64,000 nt of DNA from Rhizaria sp. SCN 62-66 (lineage: Eukaryota): assembly GCA_001724265.1 (NCBI GenBank), contig MEDY01000209.1:1-64000 (forward strand). Direction: 5' to 3'. The position numbers and the translations under genes were made by a program. Shown piece after piece: positions 58,101-64,000 of the stretch; the first letter of the stretch is position 1, and every line of letters starts with the position of its first letter. The notes under the pieces were generated by a model that saw nothing but the letters and a program-made list of their open reading frames with translations, was not told where the DNA came from and searched no databases.

Positions 58101-58860
58101 GGTTGTCAATACAGCCGCTGGTGTTGAGCGCCTTCTCCCAGCGGCGCACGTACGCCCCCAGCCGCGCGGCGGCGCGCGCCTGTGAATTGCTGTCGCGTTC
58201 ACCGCACGCCACCACGCTCACCACCTCCGCGCCGCCCGCCAAGCGCCCCGCCCGGGGCTTCGCCGCAGCCGCAGCGTCGATGGCGGCAGGGACGGCGCCC
58301 GACGCCGCGATGGCGGCGGGCAGAGGGGCGACCGCGGAGCAGAAGGCCGCGGCGGGCGCGGCGGCGGCGAACAGCCAATGGCCGTACGCGGTGTCCACGC
58401 CGGGGACCGCCTCCAGCGGCAGTGTGGCAATCTCCTGGAAAGACACTGCGTCGGGCACTAGCTCCAGAGCGGCAGCGTCGGTCGAGATAGTGGCGGCGCT
58501 TGAAGCGGACGTCGACGGAGCGGGTAAGCGCAGCGGGGGCAGCGCGGGGCCGGCGACCGCGGCAGCTTCGTCTGCGCTGTGATCGGCGCCAGTAGCGGCA
58601 GGCATCGCGGTGGCCCACGCGCGCTGCGCGGGCCAGTCAGCGGTGGCGCCCGCAATCATGGCGGGCGTGCCGGTCTCGAGGAAGCGGGCGTGGAAGGCAG
58701 GCCAGTGCGCGCGCCCCGCGTCGGCTGCGGACACGGTGGCCACGCGCGCGCCGGGCGCAACAGAGTCAGCGTGGCGCGGGTGAGACAGGTCAAAGAGTGC
58801 CAGAGTAGCCACTTCGGCGCGGTCTGCCGGCGCGGTCAGCCATGCCGGAAGTGTGTTCAT
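55156..58860 (-). CDS. JMJD4: JmjC 2-oxoglutarate/Fe(II) oxygenase, JMJD4-like, greatly expanded (~1234 aa)
   Basis: YVRDWHW, DDWLNE, YRFLYLGPRGSWTPLHRDVFGSNSWSANLAGVKLW, QGPGVAVLVPPQFAHEVHNLAPCLSLNHNW, QGLLRANCG; ATG at 58860 (MNTLPAW). Confidence 0.82.
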   Translation of the reverse strand: MNTLPAWLTAPADRAEVATLALFDLSHPRHADSVAPGARVATVSAADAGRAHWPAFHARFLETGTPAMIAGATADWPAQRAWATAMPAATGADHSADEAAAVAGPALPPLRLPAPSTSASSAATISTDAAALELVPDAVSFQEIATLPLEAVPGVDTAYGHWLFAAAAPAAAFCSAVAPLPAAIAASGAVPAAIDAAAAAKPRAGRLAGGAEVVSVVACGERDSNSQARAAARLGAYVRRWEKALNTSGCIDNQSVGRDWTGPEGSVATTATSTAANGSGSVSGYSGGFDAYVRDWHWTHSHPHGIAGDWGCERSGSGIGQQTAQIASDCEHSSSASGPKWVAAYSVPAGLSDDWLNELHDWESELQSEREQSEREQSERDQSAREQSDMHGPREREHASEKLDDDGNEDDDELVDDECGTSAHSYRFLYLGPRGSWTPLHRDVFGSNSWSANLAGVKLWLFWAPAAAAALSNGPVAAAADAAALAAAADGAEAAGYLLPAAAAAAAVLRASARRSRIALTETHSACDASSDEDAAAAAAADDLLLERYTRQTQRAEVGRVASPVSDAYSAFAALRAGPRAPRFPPAAAALWAEWVARARLRVLALDAPPTETAAETTTENATAGPAAAASAAVAARAALRLRLRSLRPLPLCAAAQGPGVAVLVPPQFAHEVHNLAPCLSLNHNWLAAPALPAVLGQLAADRAAADAALDAFAFDAVAAKNRRAHANGSKDVVTSATNTPATKASSSVADGDVARVPCPPECGALARSLAGAFHDDAGPRPHVPPCLLRRELRAADCADAVNSDYSRSGKGKGCEVGGECVSDAGSDADGDSATSKTSDCADAAANADADEDDDEECESPPARASREAREDFALRQGLLRANCGLHQPRLWRLLTFAAAATAARALLLRWHRDGTLAGLRTLQLQHVTDVGASTSAHNELFALAAAEVRSAAAMGLAALLGLNSAETAALAHYVAGVSLSMPTSPSSSSLLLAQFAAELLLQRPGIGYCACDACAAAPARSARARALWRAALAAQRGGESAAATVPTASTPQALPQALPQALPQALPQALPQALPQALPQALPQAAALARSPCYGLSRALGLPLSPHCAHMRSSAGSDGSSCEEPQEQEVRAWACVLALAAGAVSRAAAAVEGRASAPRALRTALAAPRWLRWVRAAAASKAATASSAGAAVGGAASAVPKAVYGLEDGAPPVWTLSRAARALLRAVAPLCDE
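55603..55707. repeat. 12-bp tandem repeat (CGCTTGCGGCAA) encoding (PQAL)n
   Basis: About 9 tandem copies within the JMJD4-like ORF. Confidence 0.9.
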
Positions 58861-59333
58861 ACAGGGATGTGGGAGCGCGGGGAAAGTGTGGAGAACGACC
58901 TGGCTGTGCGAGGACTTAGCCGCACGGAAATAGAGATATGTCAAGTTCAACAAAGGATAAAAATTCACGCGTATAAGTATAGTGCTCAAACAGTATAAGA
59001 ATCCCAAACAAAAATGTAAAATCTGCAAACTGTAATGTGCATCACCACGAAATGAACTAGCTTTGATGGTGCAAGTCTAAAACGCCTCCGCAGAATTTCT
59101 AAGGTAAATATGTTGATGGTTTGATCGTCAATACAAGTAAAAAATCGATGTCATGTATAAAATAACATTTATTTTCTAGATAAAAGTTCCTATATAAAAT
59201 CTTTCGTGTAGATAACATAATACAGTCATAAAACCCCTCAGCCGCAAGAACCCAAACTTGCGAGTGGAAGTGTCACCAACTTGACAAGACACAAAACTGC
59301 ATTTCACTGAAGTTGCTTCAAGTCCCAGATCAA

Positions 59334-62300
59334 TTATAACACAGCCCAGTCCTGTGGCTCCGGCGCAGCCATCCGAATCGCGCGCACACAAAGCACCCTC
59401 CCGTCAAGTCCGTGCTTCAGCGACTGCTGTTGCTGTTGGTGCGTTTGCTGTTGTGTCGCAGTCTCATGCGCAGGTACAGCTGCGACCAGCGCTGCCACTG
59501 CGGCGGGCACGCTCTCGGCCACAACCTCAGCCGCAGCCTCGTCGGCCCTCCGGTGCAGCGCGCGCCGCACCGCGACGTCCAGCTCCGCCGCCCTGCCACC
59601 GCCACCGCAGCCGCCACTGCCGGCATCGACGAAGCCGCTGGAGCCCGCCTGCGCGCGTGCGTGCGCCAGCGCGTGTGGGTTGGGCAGCAGCGGCAGCAGC
59701 GCGGCGCGCGCCACGGCGGCGGGCCCGGCAACGGCGTCCGCGGGCAGCGCCGGTGCGGGCAGCGCGCGCTCTAGGTGCGCGCTGCGCAGGGCGGCCGCAG
59801 CGTAGCACAGCGCGGCGGGAGGGGCGGGCTGCTGCGGGCTCTGCGGCAGCGCCAGCGCGCGCAGCAGCAGCAGTTCGACCACCGCGGAGGTCAGCGCCGC
59901 GGCGGCGGCCGCAGCGGCGGCGCGCGCGGCGGCCGCAGCGGGACCGGGACCCTCAGCCCCCAGTGCGCGCCCACTGCCGCGCCCAGCGCCACTCTGACTG
60001 CGACCGTGGTCGCAATGACGGTGAGCGGCGCGGGAGAGGCCCAGGAGCGCGAGCGCGGGGGCGCCGGCGAGGACTGCCGCCGCAGCGCCGGTCTCAGTGC
60101 CCAGCACGCACGACACCAGCGGGAACACGCGCCACTGCGCTGTGGGCGCCGACGCGTCAGCGCTGTGGGCGGCGAGCGCGCAGGGGAGTGCGCAGCGGAG
60201 GCAGAGCGCGGCGGGGCGCGGCCCGGCGCGGCGCACGCGCAGGCGCGGGGCGACAGCGCCGCAGCGCGGGCACTGCAGCAGCAGCAGCACCGAGCGCAGC
60301 AGAGAGAGGCGCGCAGAGAAACGCACAAGCGCGGGGCCGCGCTGGAGCAGCAGGGGCGCACGTGGGGGCGGCGACAGCGCCCGCGGACTGGCACTTAGGG
60401 CCCAGCCTGGTTCGAGATCGAAGCTGTCGTCATCATCATCGCTGTCACCGTCACTGCTGAGGTCGATGTCGCTGGAGCTTAAGTTGTTATTGCGAACGTC
60501 ATTGTTGTCTGCATCGTCGGGCGCAAAGCACAGAGGCTGCCGTAACGCATCTGTTTGCTTCGAATGGTGTTGCTCCTGCTGTTGCTTAATAGCGCCGCTA
60601 TAACCACGACCAATGTGGTCAATAGCACTGATGTTAGCATTGTCTTCGACATCGCTATCACTATCATTCTCCAGGTCTGCAGGGTCCCAATCGTATCCAC
60701 TGCCAACGTCCTCATCCTCCTCCAACAGCGACGCCGTCGCAGCTACAGCCGCCGTAGCCTCGCCCCTCGCACTCGCCTTCGTCCTGAGCTGCACACTGGC
60801 CCGCAGCCGCGCGCTGGTCCTGTCCGCCGCGGCGCACAGCGCAGCGGCCGCCACCGCCGGCGCGGGGTGTTGGCGGCGGCGCAGCGGCGGCGCGGCGTCC
60901 ACTGCGAGCGGCGCCCAGGGCGGCAGCAGCCACGCGCGGCGGCCCGTCGCGGTGGCCACCGGCACGGCGCCCGCGGCGGAGACAACCGCGCCCGCCGGCG
61001 GCGGCGGCAGCAGCGCGCCGCCGAGCCCGGAGCAGAGGGACCGCAGCGGCCGGACCAGCCACAGGTCCTGGTCGCAGTCGCTCTCGCCCGTCGCGGCGGC
61101 CTGCTCGGGCTCGCTGCCACCTGGGCGGCCCCCGTCTGAGTCGCAGCCGCTGGAGCTCCAGTCGCGGTCGCGGCGCGCGCAGTCGCCAGCAGCAGACGCG
61201 GCAATCCGCAGCCGCCAGATACCCCACAGCGGCAGTGCGGCCGCTGCAGCCGCGGCGGCGGCAGCAGCCGCAGAGCCGTCGTCCCAGCCGTCGCCGTCGC
61301 CGCCGCCGTTGCTGACAGACAGGGCCGCAGCGGCTGCGGCTGCGGCGCCAGGCAGGAGCAGCGGAAAGCGCGGCAGCAGCGCCGACAGGAACGCCGAGTC
61401 CGCCGCGATAGCAGCGTCTGGATCAGCTGTGGCGTTGGCGGAGGCGGCGCTGAGCGCGGCGAGCAGGGGCGCGAAAAGGCGCAGCGGGCACACGCGCTGC
61501 GCGCGGTCGGGCGCCGCGGACAGCCCCGCTGCGGCGGCGGCCGCGGGCAGCATCAGCGACGCCGCGGACGCCAGGCCGGCGCCAGCGCCAACGCCCGCGC
61601 CCGCGGGGGCAGCGGCGCTGCCACTGGCCGAGGCGGGGGGCGCGGTCAGCGTCGTGTGCAGGGTCACGGCGGCGACGGTGCCCGCGACCGTGCACGAGGC
61701 GGGCGGCGCGGCAGAGGCGGCCAGCGCGGCCAGCGCGTGCACAGTGCAGCGCTCGCAGCCGGCGTCGGCGCCGCAGTCGCCGTCGCAGTCGACGTCGCTG
61801 AGAGCGTCGTTGTCGCTGTCGCCGTCATCGTCGCTATCGTTGATGGCGAGGGCTGTGTTAATAGCCGTTGCTTGAGTGCCGTGAATGCTCGCGTCGCCGC
61901 CGTCCGTCATTGAAACACTCGCCGCGCTCACAGTGACAGCCTCAGCAGCCGCCGATGCGTTCGCAGCCTCTGCATCAGCGCGCGAAAGATAGAATGTGCT
62001 GACGACAGCCATGATGCCCTCACGCGCGCGCAGCCGCGGCGGCACGGCGTCAAGCGCAACGACTGCAGCGCCCGCGGCGGTGGCGGACTCGGCCGCAGCA
62101 CTGCGCACGGTTGCAGCGGCAAGCCACACGCGCGCGCCCGGCGTCAGCGCCGGCGCCCAGGCCAGCGCGGGGCCGCGCAGCAGCAGAACGTCCCCGCGCG
62201 CGCCGGCGGGCGTGGCCAGCAGCACGGCGCACACGCACGCGCTCTCGAGCTCGCAGTCCGCGTCCGTGTCACTGCCGGAGTCAGTCGCGTTGTGCGCTGC

Positions 62301-64000
62301 GCGTGCAAGAGGGTGCGAGTGCGCGTTGGTGAAAACATGCAGCGGCGGACTCACACTAAGCACGGTGACCGCGATCGCACTCTCTGCACCATCCGCCGCG
62401 GCAGCGCTGTCTGCGGCGGCGGCGCAGAGCGCGGGCGCCGGCAGCAGCAGCGGAGCCGGCAGCGCGAGCAGCGCGGCCTGCACGGCCAGCGCCAGCAGAG
62501 GGGCGCGCCACCAGCGCAGCCGCCGCGCGAGCCGCAGCGCTGCGTCCGCATCAAGAGAGACAGCAGTGCGGGCGGCAACTGGAGCGGCAGAGACTGCAGA
62601 GGCGCTCTCAGTGTCGGCAGCGACCTGGTTATTGTTACTGCACTTATCGTTTCCAGCTGTTGCAGCAGTCGTCGCAACAACCATGCGTGCGCAGCTCACG
62701 TCGATGATGAGCGAGAGCACGCACGCGTCGCCATCGCTGTCGCCGTCGCTGTCGCCGTTCCAGCCACGCTCGCCTCTGGGGCGCTGTTGACTGACTCCGC
62801 GGCTCAGGAAACTGGCGACGCCGGCGCGCAGCAGCGGCTCCCTGGGCGGCACAGTGGCGACAATGCGCCAGCGCGGGCACACCGCAACCACGGCCGCTGC
62901 GGGGGTGCCGGCGCTGCAGATGCCGTCATTTGCGCCGTTGCGAGGCCCTCGCTGGCGGGGCGACAGCGTGCGCAGCGCACACATCCACGGCCCCCCGCGC
63001 GATATGCCAACACTCTCGCGGTCACTGCTCGCAAACTGCACCGGAATCGCGAGTCCGTCGCAGCACGCGACCAGCGCTCCGTGCGCGGGGCTGGCCCGCA
63101 GCAACACCACCAGCGGCGCCGCCGTGACAGGCCCACGCCCACCGGCACCGCCCTCGGCAACAGTGCGATTGAGCGCCAGCGCAGCGGCGTCGGAGGAGAG
63201 GGAGCGGAAGCGCCAGCGCAGCGCGCCGAGAGCGGCCCGCGAGGCGGCGGCAGAGGGCAGCAGCGCGGCAACCGCGGCCGCCAGACAGGCGCCCGGGGCC
63301 GGCGCGGGCGCCGCCGCAAACGAGGACGACTCAGCCACGGTCGCAGCGACGGTCGCCGTCGCAGTTGCGGTGTGCGTGGACGCGGTTTGCGTGGACGCGG
63401 TGTGCAAGGACGCGGGGAGGAAGAGCGACGGCGCCCAGAGTGAGCGTAGCGGCAGCGGGGGCAGGTGCGGCGGCAGCAGCGCAAGCCACGCGCTGCTGTC
63501 GCGCGCGGGCCGGAGTGCGGGCCACTGCGCGGGCCACAGCGCGGGCCGCAGCGCGCATGCGGCGCGGCAGCCGCTCTCGCTGTGGCGAGCCAGGCCGCGC
63601 CACGCGCGGTGGCGCAGCAGCAGCGACAGCGGCAGCAGCGGCGGCGGCGCAGCAGTCGTGGCAGCGACGACGAGTTCGCAGTTGTTGCTGCCGCTGTCAG
63701 GGTGCAGGGCCGCGCCGCACGCGACCCGACGCGACGACTCCAGGAAGAGTGCGGAGTCCTCCTCCGTCGCCTCCTTGCAGACGCGCACGCGCACACGCAC
63801 AGGCGCATCATCACCGCTGCCGGAGGTGTTGGAGACTGTGACCGTGTGAGCGCCAACTGTCGTCTTCTCGAGGCGCAGTGCACGACGCACGGCGGACTCT
63901 GCAGCTGCAGCCGCAGCACCCACATCAGTGCCATAGCCGACAGCTGCTCCCGCCGACAAAGCGCGCGCAGTCGCGGCCGCGCAGAGCTCCGCCACCGCCT
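59334..64000 (-). CDS. Probable CTC1-like (CST complex) multi-OB-fold protein, highly divergent; 5' end outside the window
   Basis: More than 1550 open codons to the window edge. Segments recall CTC1: LVVLLRASPAHGALVACCDGLAIPV, LLRGPALAWAPALTPGARVWL, and a C-terminal Zn-ribbon OB fold RFSARLSLLRSVLLLLQCPRCG...CLRC...CVLGTETGAAAAVLAGAPALALLGL. Confidence 0.5.
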   Translation of the reverse strand, partial: AVAELCAAATARALSAGAAVGYGTDVGAAAAAAESAVRRALRLEKTTVGAHTVTVSNTSGSGDDAPVRVRVRVCKEATEEDSALFLESSRRVACGAALHPDSGSNNCELVVAATTAAPPPLLPLSLLLRHRAWRGLARHSESGCRAACALRPALWPAQWPALRPARDSSAWLALLPPHLPPLPLRSLWAPSLFLPASLHTASTQTASTHTATATATVAATVAESSSFAAAPAPAPGACLAAAVAALLPSAAASRAALGALRWRFRSLSSDAAALALNRTVAEGGAGGRGPVTAAPLVVLLRASPAHGALVACCDGLAIPVQFASSDRESVGISRGGPWMCALRTLSPRQRGPRNGANDGICSAGTPAAAVVAVCPRWRIVATVPPREPLLRAGVASFLSRGVSQQRPRGERGWNGDSDGDSDGDACVLSLIIDVSCARMVVATTAATAGNDKCSNNNQVAADTESASAVSAAPVAARTAVSLDADAALRLARRLRWWRAPLLALAVQAALLALPAPLLLPAPALCAAAADSAAAADGAESAIAVTVLSVSPPLHVFTNAHSHPLARAAHNATDSGSDTDADCELESACVCAVLLATPAGARGDVLLLRGPALAWAPALTPGARVWLAAATVRSAAAESATAAGAAVVALDAVPPRLRAREGIMAVVSTFYLSRADAEAANASAAAEAVTVSAASVSMTDGGDASIHGTQATAINTALAINDSDDDGDSDNDALSDVDCDGDCGADAGCERCTVHALAALAASAAPPASCTVAGTVAAVTLHTTLTAPPASASGSAAAPAGAGVGAGAGLASAASLMLPAAAAAAGLSAAPDRAQRVCPLRLFAPLLAALSAASANATADPDAAIAADSAFLSALLPRFPLLLPGAAAAAAAALSVSNGGGDGDGWDDGSAAAAAAAAAAAALPLWGIWRLRIAASAAGDCARRDRDWSSSGCDSDGGRPGGSEPEQAAATGESDCDQDLWLVRPLRSLCSGLGGALLPPPPAGAVVSAAGAVPVATATGRRAWLLPPWAPLAVDAAPPLRRRQHPAPAVAAAALCAAADRTSARLRASVQLRTKASARGEATAAVAATASLLEEDEDVGSGYDWDPADLENDSDSDVEDNANISAIDHIGRGYSGAIKQQQEQHHSKQTDALRQPLCFAPDDADNNDVRNNNLSSSDIDLSSDGDSDDDDDSFDLEPGWALSASPRALSPPPRAPLLLQRGPALVRFSARLSLLRSVLLLLQCPRCGAVAPRLRVRRAGPRPAALCLRCALPCALAAHSADASAPTAQWRVFPLVSCVLGTETGAAAAVLAGAPALALLGLSRAAHRHCDHGRSQSGAGRGSGRALGAEGPGPAAAAARAAAAAAAAALTSAVVELLLLRALALPQSPQQPAPPAALCYAAAALRSAHLERALPAPALPADAVAGPAAVARAALLPLLPNPHALAHARAQAGSSGFVDAGSGGCGGGGRAAELDVAVRRALHRRADEAAAEVVAESVPAAVAALVAAVPAHETATQQQTHQQQQQSLKHGLDGRVLCVRAIRMAAPEPQDWAVL

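Overview
Eukaryotic (protist) nuclear DNA, gene-dense, with GC-rich exons separated by short AT-richer introns and spacers. I can support about 19 protein-coding genes: a secreted protein (truncated by the window edge), a SCAB1-like coiled-coil/Ig/PH protein, VPS29, a MINDY-1/2 deubiquitinase, a divergent BiP, ATG5, NDUFS7, ARL2, an ABCC transporter, a membrane hypothetical, a CBS-domain protein, VPS35L, an ELM2+PHD protein, a TTD14/AAA_28 P-loop protein, NR2C2AP, a large low-complexity protein, a classical protein tyrosine phosphatase, JMJD4 and a probable CTC1 (truncated). The main finding is in the MINDY gene. Its frame passes through three TAG codons (5865-5867, 5286-5288, 5133-5135) with no TAA, TGA or frameshift, and ends in a family-typical CaaX box (KGCTVM-TAA at 4710). 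None of the 18 gene ends I could place uses TAG (13 TAA, 5 TGA). This points to UAG being a sense codon, most likely Gln, while UAA remains stop. Also notable: all 27 coding-region introns I could place start GTRCG (25 GTACG), most start codons lie just behind a pyrimidine tract plus YAG (possible trans-splicing), and very large Ala/Gly/Ser inserts interrupt conserved enzyme domains. A SAR affinity (possibly Rhizaria) is only an inference. Family assignments rest on motifs recognised by eye, not on database searches.
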